Below are positions 9,986-19,928 of a stretch of DNA of 64,000 nucleotides, one piece after another. The notes beneath the pieces are model-generated. The model was not told the origin of the DNA. It saw nothing but the letters and a program-made list of their open reading frames with translations, and made no database searches. Each line of letters starts with the position of its first letter. Position 1 is the first letter of the stretch. This DNA is from Chitinophagales bacterium (lineage in GTDB: Bacteria > Bacteroidota > Bacteroidia > Chitinophagales > JADIYW01). The position numbers were made by a program, and so were the translations under genes. The stretch covers positions 2,592 to 66,591 of the forward strand of contig JBGAWK010000009.1 of assembly GCA_044227665.1 (NCBI GenBank), read 5' to 3'.

Positions 9986-10798
9986 ATGGACATACAAAAG
10001 TACAGCGATAAAATTATAGACTTAGCAATAAGTTACGGTCCCAAGGTATTGCTAGCATTGGTAGTACTCATCTTTGGTATTGCAATCATCAATAATTTAG
10101 TGAAAGCTATTTCTAAAGTATTATCTAAGAGAGATACAGACCCTACATTGTCCAATTTCTTATTGAGTATCGTAGGATGGCTCTTGAAGCTATTATTATT
10201 TATTAGCGTTGCATCAATGGTAGGTATAGAAACCACATCATTCATTGCAGTACTTTCTGCCATGACATTAGCTGTCGGCATGGCATTACAAGGCTCTTTG
10301 GCAAATTTTGCCGGCGGCGCATTGATATTACTTTTCCGTCCTATTAAGGTGGGCGAACTCATTGAGGCACAGGGTGTAACAGGTCATGTGAAAGAAATCC
10401 AAATGTTTACGACCATCCTCGCCACACCACATAATAAGATGGCTATTATTCCTAATGGGTCTCTAGCAAATGGCAATATAATCAATTATACTAGACTCGG
10501 CAATGTACGTGTAGATATAGATCTTCCGATTGCTGGCGACCAAGATATAGATACAGTAAGAAATACAGTTTTGCAGGTAATGAGCAATCACCCCAAAGTA
10601 TTAAAAACACCTGCGCCTTCAGCTAATATTAATAAAATTGAAGGTGGTATAACCCATTTTATTCTTTTACCTTACAGTAATCCTGAAGACTATTGGGATG
10701 TATTTTTTGGTATACAAGAAGATGTAAAAAAAGCACTTAGTCATGGCAATATTGCCCTACCTATGCCTCATCAAGTGGTTATACACAAAAATGCTTAA
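9986..10798 (+). CDS. mechanosensitive ion channel (MscS family)
   Basis: 270 aa with three TM helices followed by LANFAGGALILLFRPIKVGELIE...G.V..I.MFTT, the MscS pore and beta-domain signature. Confidence 0.9.
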   Translation: MDIQKYSDKIIDLAISYGPKVLLALVVLIFGIAIINNLVKAISKVLSKRDTDPTLSNFLLSIVGWLLKLLLFISVASMVGIETTSFIAVLSAMTLAVGMALQGSLANFAGGALILLFRPIKVGELIEAQGVTGHVKEIQMFTTILATPHNKMAIIPNGSLANGNIINYTRLGNVRVDIDLPIAGDQDIDTVRNTVLQVMSNHPKVLKTPAPSANINKIEGGITHFILLPYSNPEDYWDVFFGIQEDVKKALSHGNIALPMPHQVVIHKNA

Positions 10799-10819
10799 TT
10801 ATAATATTTTTAGATAATA

Positions 10820-10852
10820 AAAGGGCTGCCAAAATTGGCAGCCCTTTTATTT
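10820..10852 (+). terminator. intrinsic terminator after mscS
   Basis: AAGGGCTGCC-aaaatt-GGCAGCCCTT followed by TTATTTTAT. Confidence 0.75.
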
Positions 10853-10926
10853 TATATATCGTAGGAATTACAAATAAAATTGCGCCATCGCCATATTTAA
10901 TAATATTAAAGTATTACAAAAGTGTG

Positions 10927-10934
10927 TACCTTTG
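10927..10934 (+). promoter_or_regulatory. Bacteroidota -7 promoter box (TAnnTTTG) for the DEAD-box/CSD operon
   Basis: TACCTTTG is an exact match to the consensus. It lies about 225 nt upstream of ATG 11161, implying a long leader. Confidence 0.45.
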
Positions 10935-11160
10935 CAGAGAATAAGTATTTAGAGGCATCTGACTCTGCATTTTCTGACACAGCTTAGAATCATTTTCTTC
11001 CTATCAGTTGCGCCTTTTCAGTTGCAAAGCATTTCTTAGGATTGTTTTAATCTTTATAGTACAGGTAGAAGGTGTTATACTTCACAGTTGCTATATATGC
11101 CATTATAGTTCACAGATATACGATTCTTGTACTTCTCATAATTAACATAAAAAACAATAC

Positions 11161-12273
11161 ATGGATTTCAAACAATTCGACCTCATACAACCTATAGAAG
11201 ACGCTATTGCACAAGCAGGATATATTCAACCCACACCCATACAATGCAAAGCCATACCCCAAGTACTACTAGGCAAAGACTTAATAGGTTGCGCACAGAC
11301 AGGCACAGGAAAAACTGCAGCCTTTGCTATTCCCATATTACAAAATTTATATAAAAACTCCCAAAAGAAAGGTATCTCTGTACTCATACTTAGTCCCACA
11401 CGTGAACTTGCTATACAAATTGATGACACCTTCAAAGCATTAAGCAAACATACTTCTATAAAATCATTATCCATATTTGGAGGTGTTTCTCAAGTACCCC
11501 AGGTTGCAGCATTACGTTCTGGCATTTCCGTGTTGATAGCTACACCAGGGAGATTATTAGACCTTATGCAGCAAGGATATGTAGATTTATCTTCTGTAAG
11601 CGTGCTGGTATTAGATGAAGCCGACAGGATGCTAGACATGGGGTTTGTAAAAGATGTAAAAAAAATTATCGCCAAAGTACCTACTATGAGACAGACATTG
11701 TTCTTCTCTGCAACGATGCCTCCAGCAATTAGGGAATTTGCAAACGCTATATTACATAATCCTATAGAAGTAGCCGTAACGCCAGTATCCTCTACAGCAG
11801 CCAAAATACAACAGTCTGTGTACTTCGTAGAAAAAAAAGAAAAAGCCGCCCTACTTGTAAAAGTATTGCGAGAAGATAATGTTGTTCGCTCACTCGTATT
11901 TACCCGTACCAAACATGGTGCCGACAAATTGGTGCGACACCTAGCTAAGAATGGCATCCTCGCTGCCGCAATTCATGGCAATAAATCACAAAACAACAGG
12001 CAACGTGCCCTTGAAGACTTCAAACGTAGCAAAATCAGAATATTAGTAGCTACAGATATCGCCTCTCGTGGGCTAGATATAAGTGAGTTGCCGCATGTCG
12101 TCAACTACGAGCTGCCCAACGTACCCGAAACCTATGTACACAGAATAGGTAGAACAGGGCGCGCAGGACAAGATGGCATCGCAGTCTCATTTTGTGATGT
12201 AGAAGAAAAAACTGATCTTAAAAATATCCAAAAACTTATAGGCTTCACTATGCCTGTAAACGAAATAGTATAA
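11161..12273 (+). CDS. DEAD-box ATP-dependent RNA helicase (RhlE-like core, no C-terminal extension)
   Basis: 370 aa with Q motif PTPIQ, AQTGTGKT, PTRELA, DEAD (VLDEADRMLDMGF), SAT, and HRIGRTGRAG. Confidence 0.92.
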   Translation: MDFKQFDLIQPIEDAIAQAGYIQPTPIQCKAIPQVLLGKDLIGCAQTGTGKTAAFAIPILQNLYKNSQKKGISVLILSPTRELAIQIDDTFKALSKHTSIKSLSIFGGVSQVPQVAALRSGISVLIATPGRLLDLMQQGYVDLSSVSVLVLDEADRMLDMGFVKDVKKIIAKVPTMRQTLFFSATMPPAIREFANAILHNPIEVAVTPVSSTAAKIQQSVYFVEKKEKAALLVKVLREDNVVRSLVFTRTKHGADKLVRHLAKNGILAAAIHGNKSQNNRQRALEDFKRSKIRILVATDIASRGLDISELPHVVNYELPNVPETYVHRIGRTGRAGQDGIAVSFCDVEEKTDLKNIQKLIGFTMPVNEIV

Positions 12274-12300
12274 TTATCACTTATAAACAAAAAAATAAAT

Positions 12301-12732
12301 ATGGGCGAAACATTTGCAAAAAAAGAGCTACAGAAAAAACGTGCGAAGAAAAAACAAGACAAGATGGAAAAAAAGGAGGAGCGCAAAGCCAATAACAACA
12401 AAGGCAAAAGCTTCGAAGATATGCTAGTATATCTTGATGAAAACGGAAACCTTACCGATGTACATCCCGACAAACAAATTAAAGGGAAACCTACTGAAAC
12501 TCATAATAACAGCAACAATAAACCCACGACAGAAGGCATACAGTTTACAGGAACTGTAGCACTTTTTTTTGAAGACAAAAATTATGGCTTCATATCTGAA
12601 GACAAAACAAATGCCAATGTTTTTGTTCACGGTAACAGCCTGAAAGAAGCATTAAAAGTGAAAGACAAGGTCTCTTATAAGAAAGAAAGAACACCAAAAG
12701 GCTATTCTGCTTTCGACGTTAAAAAAATCTAA
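12301..12732 (+). CDS. cold-shock-domain protein with a Lys-rich N-terminal tail
   Basis: 143 aa. The N-terminus is KKELQKKRAKKKQDKMEKKEERK. The C-terminal CSD-like fold is FTGTVALFFEDKNYGFISEDKTNANVFVHGNSL. It lies 28 nt after the helicase gene. Confidence 0.8.
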   Translation: MGETFAKKELQKKRAKKKQDKMEKKEERKANNNKGKSFEDMLVYLDENGNLTDVHPDKQIKGKPTETHNNSNNKPTTEGIQFTGTVALFFEDKNYGFISEDKTNANVFVHGNSLKEALKVKDKVSYKKERTPKGYSAFDVKKI

Positions 12733-12755
12733 TATTTAGAATCTTCAAACTAATT

Positions 12756-12797
12756 ATTTATAAGTCAAATTTGATACTCAATATTTGGCTTATAAAT
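12756..12797. repeat. 15-bp AU-rich inverted repeat (hairpin) 24 nt after the CSD gene stop
   Basis: ATTTATAAGTCAAAT (12756-12770) pairs with ATTTGGCTTATAAAT (12783-12797) with one G-U wobble and a 12-nt loop. No T-run follows. Confidence 0.5.
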
Positions 12798-13021
12798 CTA
12801 ATAACAATGTCTATATTCTAAGTTTTAAACTCAATTATAAATTATTAATAGAAACTAGTATAGCAAATAAGCTAGCATATTTTATATAATACACTTAAAA
12901 TCTTGAGAAAAATACTTCGAAATCTTATAATTAAAAAACAACATATTTGTATAAATACAAATCTAAAAAACTAGTCGGAGAAAATTGACATTGCTCAATA
13001 TATTCATATAAATTATCCATA

Positions 13022-13687
13022 CTAATAAAATAATAATTTATTCAGAAATTCATATTTCCCTAAATACAGTATAGTTAGTCCTGTGAAATTTATAAACCCA
13101 TGAGTGAAAATTGCGTAGTAAAGGTTTTTACCAGATAACAAATAGATACTTCCCAATAAAAAGCCAATAAAAGCAGTACTAATACTACCAGAAACTCCTT
13201 GATACAAGTGACATAGCCCAAAAATTGCAGAAGTAACTACCAAGGCTGTAATACTAGCAAACATATTTCCGCCCAAAAATTTTGCTATTCTATTAAGTAA
13301 AAAACCGCGAAACAATACTTCCTCCAATACTCCCCCTAAAACAAAACCTATTAAAATCCATAATACATAATTAAAAAGATTATACTTAATATTTACGACA
13401 GAGAGATCTATTTTTTCTCGTAAAATATGTTCGATAATAGGATTCACAACTACTTCTGCACAAAGTTCAATAGCTGCACCCAATATCATAGACAATAGAA
13501 TCAGATAATACCAATTATTTGGCTTATTTAATCCAATAGATTGTAAAACTTGTAATCTATCTTTCTGCCTTCTAAGATAGGCGATAACAATGATAAATGA
13601 AGCAATCACGCCATACTGAGGAACCAATACAATGAGGGCTATTATAGCTATAGTAACAAGGAGTTCCCAATTTTTATGAACTTTCAT
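13022..13687 (-). CDS. CPBP family intramembrane glutamic endopeptidase (CAAX protease / Abi-like)
   Basis: 221 aa, multi-TM, with EEVLFRGFLL, FGLCHLY and FTHGFINF motifs. Confidence 0.85.
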   Translation of the reverse strand: MKVHKNWELLVTIAIIALIVLVPQYGVIASFIIVIAYLRRQKDRLQVLQSIGLNKPNNWYYLILLSMILGAAIELCAEVVVNPIIEHILREKIDLSVVNIKYNLFNYVLWILIGFVLGGVLEEVLFRGFLLNRIAKFLGGNMFASITALVVTSAIFGLCHLYQGVSGSISTAFIGFLLGSIYLLSGKNLYYAIFTHGFINFTGLTILYLGKYEFLNKLLFY

Positions 13688-13842
13688 ACTATAAAATTAC
13701 AAAAATATTTTTTGGGAGATTAGATTTCTCATAGATAGACAAATCAATGAAAAATTATAACTATTAATATTCAAAAACATCTATCTAGTTCAAGATTAAT
13801 ATGAATACTAATAATTGTTTTATAGAAACCTTGATTAATAAT

Positions 13843-13875
13843 AAAAAAAGGGCTTCATTGCTGAAACCCTTTTTG
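13843..13875 (-). terminator. intrinsic terminator immediately after tRNA-Asn
   Basis: The minus strand reads AAAGGGTTTCA-gcaa-TGAAGCCCTTT followed by T7. The stem has one G-U pair. Confidence 0.65.
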
Positions 13876-13949
13876 CTCCCCCTGCTGGACTTGAACCAGC
13901 GACCCTCTGATTAACAGTCAGATGCTCTAACCGACTGAGCTAAGGAGGA
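13876..13949 (-). tRNA. tRNA-Asn (anticodon GTT)
   Basis: The minus strand reads TCCTCCTTAGCTCAGTCGGTTAGAGCATCTGACTGTTAATCAGAGGGTCGCTGGTTCAAGTCCAGCAGGGGGAG. It folds by hand as a 7-bp acceptor stem, a D arm GCTC/GAGC, an anticodon stem TCTGA/TCAGA with loop CTGTTAA, and a T arm GCTGG-TTCAAGT-CCAGC. Length is 74 nt and CCA is not encoded. Confidence 0.92.
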
Positions 13950-14020
13950 ATGCTCAAAAATTTGAGACTGCAAATGTAGGTCTTTTCATTTAAAAATACA
14001 ATATTTGCATAAATTTTTTT

Positions 14021-14947
14021 ATGAGTTTATTAGTAATAGGCACTGTCGCCTTCGATGCATTGGAAACACCCTTTGGAAAAGTAGAGAAAATAACCGGAGG
14101 TTCAGGAAATTACATTTGCCATGCTGCTTCGCAATTCATTCAGGATTTGCAACTTGTAGCTGTCATAGGCGATGACTTCGACACCACAGAACTAGACTTC
14201 CTCCGTAGCCGAGGTGTGGATTTAGAAGGGTTACAAATCCAAAAAGGAGAAAAATCATTCTTCTGGTCCGGAAGATACCATCTCGACATGAATACTCGCG
14301 ACACCTTAGCCACTGACCTCAATGTATTGGCAACTTTTGACCCTATACTTCCCGAAAAATATAAAGATACAGACTATCTAATATTAGGAAATATAGAACC
14401 CAGCCTACAGAAAAAAGTTATTGAACAAATGAACAAGCGTCCTAAACTTGTAGCTATGGACACGATGAATTTTTGGATGACCACCACCCCTGACGCCCTA
14501 AAAGAAACACTTACAATGGTAGATTTATTGATAGTGAATGATGAAGAAGCACGGCAATTGAGTGGCGAACATTCCTTGGTAAGAGCGTCAAAGGTGATAA
14601 GAAAGATGGGACCTAGATACTTGATAATAAAAAAAGGAGAGCATGGTGCCCTGCTTTTTCATGACGACAAAGTTTTCTATGCTCCTGCGCTACCCTTAGA
14701 AGATGTTTTTGACCCTACGGGTGCTGGCGACAGTTTTGCCGGAGGCTTCATGGGATATATTGCACACACGGACGATATATCCTTCGAAAACATGAAAAGA
14801 GGCATCATATACGGCTCTACTTTAGCCTCTTTTTGCGTAGAGAAATTTGGCCCCCAGCGATTGAAAGAAATCACTAACGAAGATGTAGAAAATCGCGTAC
14901 AAGTATTTTTGGATTTAGTAGATGTAGATATAGAAATCAGGATATAA
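14021..14947 (+). CDS. PfkB family carbohydrate/nucleoside kinase
   Basis: 308 aa with an N-terminal GG motif (ITGGSGNY) and the C-terminal DPTGAGDSFAGGF ATP-binding signature. Confidence 0.85.
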   Translation: MSLLVIGTVAFDALETPFGKVEKITGGSGNYICHAASQFIQDLQLVAVIGDDFDTTELDFLRSRGVDLEGLQIQKGEKSFFWSGRYHLDMNTRDTLATDLNVLATFDPILPEKYKDTDYLILGNIEPSLQKKVIEQMNKRPKLVAMDTMNFWMTTTPDALKETLTMVDLLIVNDEEARQLSGEHSLVRASKVIRKMGPRYLIIKKGEHGALLFHDDKVFYAPALPLEDVFDPTGAGDSFAGGFMGYIAHTDDISFENMKRGIIYGSTLASFCVEKFGPQRLKEITNEDVENRVQVFLDLVDVDIEIRI

Positions 14948-15497
14948 TTGTAAATCTCCATGGTAGGTGAGCATCTTCTCCAGCATAGTCTATACCTATC
15001 CTAGAAGAGGCTATAATTTCTTTCTCATCAATACTAGGACTATCTTCTATCCATATTTCAGTGCGCGTATAAAGGGATAATCCATTGTATATCCTACTGA
15101 TGCCTAGCGCTTCTGTCACCTTGCCAGGACCATTACAATCTCTGTGCCTTCTTCTATCCTTGATAGTTTCCACACCTACAAGAGGTTGTATGGCTCTTAC
15201 GAGTACGGCATCAGCTAATCCCTCTTTATTGGTGACGATATTAAACATCTCATGTATTCCATAGCATAGATAAACATAGCAAATACCCCCTGGCTCAAAC
15301 ATCGCCGCATTACGCGATGTCTTTTTCAAGTTATAGGCATGGCATCCTTTTTCTCTATAGCTATAAGCTTCGGTTTCGATAATCCTTCCTGCCGTAACAC
15401 ACCCCCATATATCGGTATATATAATTTTCCCCAGCATAGCCTTAGCTAGAGCCACCACATCATCACCTTGATAAAATTCTTGAGCTAGTAATGGCAT
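14937..15497 (-). CDS. DNA-3-methyladenine glycosylase (Mpg/AAG family)
   Basis: Trimmed to ATG 15497 (MPLLAQEFYQGDDVVALAKAMLGK). It carries GRIIETEAY, CHAY...RN..MFEPGGICYVYLCYGIH and NIV motifs. The longer track ORF overlaps the divergent neighbour. Confidence 0.85.
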   Translation of the reverse strand: MPLLAQEFYQGDDVVALAKAMLGKIIYTDIWGCVTAGRIIETEAYSYREKGCHAYNLKKTSRNAAMFEPGGICYVYLCYGIHEMFNIVTNKEGLADAVLVRAIQPLVGVETIKDRRRHRDCNGPGKVTEALGISRIYNGLSLYTRTEIWIEDSPSIDEKEIIASSRIGIDYAGEDAHLPWRFTIIS

Positions 15498-15516
15498 ATA
15501 TACTATCTTTGAACAG

Positions 15517-16224
15517 ATGAGCAAAGGTAAGTTATTTCTTATTCCCACACCCATATCTGAAAAATCATCACAAGATTTGGCTAGCTATCATACACCTTAT
15601 ATTGAAAAAATAAATCATTATATTGTTGAAGAAATTAAAAGTGCGCGTAGATATATAAAGAGAATAAACAAACTCAAAAATATAGATGATTGTCATTTTA
15701 CGATATTTGATAAACATAATAATTATTCTACTGATGGAAAGTACCAGCAATGGCTGATAGAAGGTAAAGATGTAGCACTAATGTCGGAAGCAGGCACACC
15801 CTGCATTGCAGATCCTGGTCATACTATCGTATGGTGGGCACAGCAAAACGACATTCAAGTGATTCCGCTTACAGGATTTAGCTCCATAATAATGGCATTG
15901 ATGGCTTCTGGACAGCAGGGACAGTACTTTTCATTTCATGGATATTTACCTATACAATTAGATGAAAAGAAGATAAAAATACAACATATCATCTCTCAAA
16001 TTCAAAAAATCGGCTATACTCAAATATTTATAGAAACCCCACATCGCAATAATTCGATACTAAATTATTTTATTCAAAATATCCCTCAAAATTTCTTATT
16101 AACTATAGCGCAAGATATTTCCGGAAAAGATGAATATATAAGAACCCAAAGAATCTCTGATTGGAAGACAAAAACAATATTATTAGAAAAACTACCTACA
16201 ATTTTTATAATCGGTAAAATATGA
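15517..16224 (+). CDS. RsmI-like tetrapyrrole-methylase-fold SAM-dependent methyltransferase
   Basis: 235 aa. LFLIPTPISE and MSEAGTPCIADPG resemble the RsmI motifs LYxVxTPIGN and SDAGTPxISDPG. Confidence 0.7.
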   Translation: MSKGKLFLIPTPISEKSSQDLASYHTPYIEKINHYIVEEIKSARRYIKRINKLKNIDDCHFTIFDKHNNYSTDGKYQQWLIEGKDVALMSEAGTPCIADPGHTIVWWAQQNDIQVIPLTGFSSIIMALMASGQQGQYFSFHGYLPIQLDEKKIKIQHIISQIQKIGYTQIFIETPHRNNSILNYFIQNIPQNFLLTIAQDISGKDEYIRTQRISDWKTKTILLEKLPTIFIIGKI

Positions 16225-16793
16225 TATTAATTAATGACATTATTATTAGCGATGAGATAATAGAAAAAAAATTCTTGTGTAATCTAGAAAAATGTAAAGG
16301 TGCATGTTGTATTGAAGGTGACGGAGGAGCCCCGTTAGAAGAAGACGAAGCAGATTTTATTTTAGAACACATACAAGCAATTTTTCCATATATCACCCCT
16401 GAGGGAAAAGAGGCTATTCTTCAGCAAGGAGTGGCCGTAGCAGACCCTGACACTACCTATAGTGAGCTGGCTACGCCCCTAATAAATGGAGGTGCATGTG
16501 CCTATATCACCTACGATGAGAAAGGAATTGTCAGCTGTGGCATAGAAAAAGCATATCAGGATAACGTTATTCACTTCCAAAAGCCTATAAGTTGCCATCT
16601 ATATCCTATACGGATGAAAAAATTAGAAGACTTAATAGCCCTCAACTTTGATGAATGGGATATATGCAAAGCGGCCTGTTCACTAGGAGAATTGAAAAAT
16701 GTTCCTATATATCAATTTTTGAAAGCACCGCTGATACGAAAATTTGGCACGGAATTCTATGAGACATTAGAACATATTGCCACTAAGTCCTAG
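16221..16793 (+). CDS. DUF3109 family protein (Cys-rich)
   Basis: 190 aa with FLCNLEKCKGACCIEGDGGAPLEEDE and later CAY...SCGIEKAY...SCHLYPIR. There is an ATGA overlap with the upstream gene. Confidence 0.7.
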   Translation: MILINDIIISDEIIEKKFLCNLEKCKGACCIEGDGGAPLEEDEADFILEHIQAIFPYITPEGKEAILQQGVAVADPDTTYSELATPLINGGACAYITYDEKGIVSCGIEKAYQDNVIHFQKPISCHLYPIRMKKLEDLIALNFDEWDICKAACSLGELKNVPIYQFLKAPLIRKFGTEFYETLEHIATKS

Positions 16794-16794
16794 C

Positions 16795-17529
16795 ATGATG
16801 ACCCAGAAAGACACTCACAATCTCCCTGTACCTGTACGCATATATGTAGAACATAGAAAGGCGGCAAGAATAGCCTTGGGTAAAAAGAATATTATCATTC
16901 GTATGCCCAAAAATATTCCTAGAGCTGAGGCTGAAAAAATTCAACAGAAATTTTTGGATTGGGCAGCAAAAACTATCCAAGAAAAAGGTCTATATACACA
17001 AGAACGTACTTACAAAGATTATAAAAATATAGGCTCTATCAAGTTATTAGGGGTTGATTATATACTACAAATACACTTTATTAATGGCAGTACTTCCAAA
17101 ATTAACATTGGTAATGAACCTATTATAAGATGTTCATTACCTTCTAGTATTGCTGATGATGAAGCACTTATAAGCAAGTCAGTAGCATTATTACTAAAAA
17201 AAGTAATACCCAAATATTTCACTTACCATGTATGGAAAAGATTGGTGTATTGGAATGAAAAATACTTCCAAGAAGAAGTTCCCAAACTCAGCTTGCGCTA
17301 TACCAACAGCAGGTGGGGCAGCTGCTCCAAAGATGGAAAGATAAGTATAAGTATAAGACTACTTCTAGCGCCTACAGATGTATTAGACTATGTACTTATA
17401 CATGAACTGGCACACCGCAAAGAGATGAATCACTCCGAAAAATTTTGGCAATGGTGTGCTAGAGCTATGCCTGATTACAAAGAGAAAGAACGCCACCTCA
17501 TAGAGCATGGAAAAGACTACGTCCTCTAA
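16795..17529 (+). CDS. YgjP-like (DUF45/M48-type) metal-dependent hydrolase
   Basis: HEXXH in VLIHELAHRKEMNHSEKFW and RWGSCS upstream. Trimmed from the TTG at 16777 to the ATG at 16795, which lies just past the upstream stop. Confidence 0.75.
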   Translation: MMTQKDTHNLPVPVRIYVEHRKAARIALGKKNIIIRMPKNIPRAEAEKIQQKFLDWAAKTIQEKGLYTQERTYKDYKNIGSIKLLGVDYILQIHFINGSTSKINIGNEPIIRCSLPSSIADDEALISKSVALLLKKVIPKYFTYHVWKRLVYWNEKYFQEEVPKLSLRYTNSRWGSCSKDGKISISIRLLLAPTDVLDYVLIHELAHRKEMNHSEKFWQWCARAMPDYKEKERHLIEHGKDYVL

Positions 17530-17540
17530 TCCCCCCTATA

Positions 17541-18512
17541 TTATTTCTCTCCGCTATCTTTAGCAATAGAGCCTCTCATCTTAGTATCGGACTTGATATT
17601 TTCCATTTTATAATAGTCCATAAGACCTAGATTTCCGCTACGGAAGGCTTCAGATATAGCCTTAGGCACTTCTGCTTCTGCTTCTATCACCTTGGCACGA
17701 GCTTCTTGTGCCTTAGCCTGCATTTCCATTTCTAGAGCTACAGCTTGCGCACGACGCTCTTCCGCTTTGGCTTGCGCAATATTCTTATCGGCATTGGCCT
17801 GATCCATTTGTAATTGTGCACCTATATTTTTTCCTATATCTATATCGGCAATATCTATAGAAAGAATCTCAAACGCTGTTCCTGAATCCAATCCTTTATG
17901 CAATACTACTTTAGAGATGCTATCAGGATTTTCCATCACCAGTTTATGCGACTCAGAGCTACCGATGCTTGTTACTATACCTTCTCCAATTCTGGCAAGC
18001 ACAGTCTCTTCCCCTGCGCCACCTACCAACTGACGAATATTGGCACGTACTGTGACGCGAGCTTTAGCAATAAGCTGGATACCATCTTTGGCTACAGCAG
18101 TAACGGGTGGAGATTCTATCACCTTGGGATTTACAGACATCTGTACCGCTTCAAATACATCCCTGCCTGCCAAATCTATGGCAGTAGCCTCCTTAAATGA
18201 TAGCGGAATACTAGCTTTATCGGCACTTATCAAGGCATTAATAACGGTATTTACCCTGCCTCCGGCAAGAAAATGGGCTTCTAATTCATCGCGATTTACC
18301 GTCAAGCCAGCCTTAGTAGCAGTAATCAATGCATTTACAATTGTAGAGGGTGGCACCTTTCGCAGTTGCATAAAAAACAGGTCGAACAACCCAATATTGA
18401 CATTTGAAAGCTTTGCAGCTATCCACAAACTGATGTAATTGAACATCAACAGTAAAAATATCAGGGAGAAAATCCCTACAATTACCACGATCACTAATAT
18501 TAATGCACTCAT
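17541..18512 (-). CDS. floA: flotillin-like protein FloA (UPF0365/YqfA)
   Basis: 323 aa, nearly collinear with B. subtilis FloA as I recall it: [89 protein letters not shown]. Confidence 0.92.
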   Translation of the reverse strand: MSALILVIVVIVGIFSLIFLLLMFNYISLWIAAKLSNVNIGLFDLFFMQLRKVPPSTIVNALITATKAGLTVNRDELEAHFLAGGRVNTVINALISADKASIPLSFKEATAIDLAGRDVFEAVQMSVNPKVIESPPVTAVAKDGIQLIAKARVTVRANIRQLVGGAGEETVLARIGEGIVTSIGSSESHKLVMENPDSISKVVLHKGLDSGTAFEILSIDIADIDIGKNIGAQLQMDQANADKNIAQAKAEERRAQAVALEMEMQAKAQEARAKVIEAEAEVPKAISEAFRSGNLGLMDYYKMENIKSDTKMRGSIAKDSGEK

Positions 18513-18516
18513 ATAT

Positions 18517-19068
18517 TTAATTTTTTTTCTTTACAAATATTTTATTTTCTTGAATTACAACTACTTCTACAGAGGTATTTGCCTCTATGAATCCGACTTG
18601 AGACCATACAGTTACCAGCTCATTATTATGCATAACCTTACCCTCGGGGCGTAATGCCGTAACCGTCATTACCGTATCTCCAATATGTACATGGTGCTTG
18701 TCGAATGTGTTTACTTTTCCATCTATCACTTTTCTTACGGCAAGGGGACTTTGTGAAAGCCTGTTCATTCCCCAATATACCAAAAATATGTTTAGCGCCG
18801 CAGTACCTGCCAAGAGTAGTGTTCCTACCCACACTCCCATCTCTTGATAGGCAAATACAATTGCAATAATGGAGGTGATGATACCCATACTTCCTACTAT
18901 CATGCCAGGGACTAAAAAGACATCCAACATAAACAGGGCTATGCCTACAAATAAGAGTATAAAAATTTCTAAGGCATCCATCACAGTCAAATTTAATTTA
19001 TTTAGATATATAAACAACAATAATGTAGGAAATATTCTCAAAATGGCAAAAATATATACGAAAAGCAT
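18517..19068 (-). CDS. NfeD family membrane protein (FloA partner)
   Basis: 183 aa with N-terminal TM helices and a C-terminal OB-like beta domain ([27 protein letters not shown]). It sits immediately upstream of floA, the conserved pairing. An alternative start at M30 (18981) is possible. Confidence 0.75.
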   Translation of the reverse strand: MLFVYIFAILRIFPTLLLFIYLNKLNLTVMDALEIFILLFVGIALFMLDVFLVPGMIVGSMGIITSIIAIVFAYQEMGVWVGTLLLAGTAALNIFLVYWGMNRLSQSPLAVRKVIDGKVNTFDKHHVHIGDTVMTVTALRPEGKVMHNNELVTVWSQVGFIEANTSVEVVVIQENKIFVKKKN

Positions 19069-19128
19069 AAAAAAAGGCTGACAATGATGAGTTGTACAGC
19101 CTCTTATTTTATATCGAACAGAGTGGAA

Positions 19129-19890
19129 TTACTTTTCTGAAGCGATACCTGCTGCAATATATTCACGGTTCAGGCGTGCAATATTTTCCAAAGATATCTC
19201 CTTAGGACACTCTGCCTCGCAAGCTCCTGTATTAGTACAAGCACCAAACCCTTCTTCATCCATCTGATGTACCATATTCAATACGCGCTGTTTACGCTCT
19301 GGGGCACCTTGTGGTAATAAGGCAAATTGCGATACTTTTGCAGACAGGAATAGCATGGCAGAAGAATTTTTGCATGCCGCCACACAAGCACCACAGCCTA
19401 TACATGCTGCTGCGGCAAAAGCCTTGTCGGCTTTATCTTTTTCTATAGGCATGGCATTGGCATCTACCGCATTACCTGTATTTACAGACACATACCCTCC
19501 CGCTTGGATAATGCGGTCAAAAGCTGCTCTATCCACGGTAAGGTCTTTGATTACAGGAAAGGCTTTTGCTCTCCAAGGTTCCACAGTAATTGTATCTCCA
19601 TCCTTGAAGGCACGCATGTGTAACTGGCAGGTGGTAGTGCCATGCCAAGGTCCATGAGGGCGACCATTGATATACATGCTACACATTCCACATATACCTT
19701 CTCTACAGTCGTGGTCAAAAGCTATGGGGTCCTTGCCGTCGGCTATAAGTATCTCATTTAGGATGTCGAACATTTCCAGAAAGGACATATCTGTAGAAAT
19801 GTCTTTAACATTGTATGTTTCAAAACATCCGGTATCTTTAACGTTTTTTTGTCTCCAAACTTTGAGGGTAAGATTTAATTTTTTTTCCAT
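19129..19890 (-). CDS. sdhB: succinate dehydrogenase/fumarate reductase iron-sulfur subunit
   Basis: 253 aa with a 2Fe-2S motif ([11 protein letters not shown]) and two ferredoxin-type Cys clusters ([13 protein letters not shown] and [13 protein letters not shown]). Confidence 0.95.
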   Translation of the reverse strand: MEKKLNLTLKVWRQKNVKDTGCFETYNVKDISTDMSFLEMFDILNEILIADGKDPIAFDHDCREGICGMCSMYINGRPHGPWHGTTTCQLHMRAFKDGDTITVEPWRAKAFPVIKDLTVDRAAFDRIIQAGGYVSVNTGNAVDANAMPIEKDKADKAFAAAACIGCGACVAACKNSSAMLFLSAKVSQFALLPQGAPERKQRVLNMVHQMDEEGFGACTNTGACEAECPKEISLENIARLNREYIAAGIASEK

Positions 19891-19928
19891 CTTAGATTAT
19901 ATTTTATGATTTACAATACCTGTAGCAA

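Noticed and set aside
11490-11957. 155-aa minus-strand ORF inside the DEAD-box helicase gene (also 11226-11474 and 12132-12473)
   Set aside because: It is antisense to a gene with all helicase motifs intact. It is a typical shadow frame.
13876-13949. att-type direct repeat of the tRNA-Asn 3' end that would delimit an integrated element
   Set aside because: By eye I found no second copy of the GGTTCAAGTCCAGCAGGGGGAG segment, or a substantial part of it, in 12733-13875 or elsewhere in the window.
18040-18438. 132-aa and 100-aa plus-strand ORFs inside floA
   Set aside because: They are antisense to a near-collinear FloA homologue and have no motifs.
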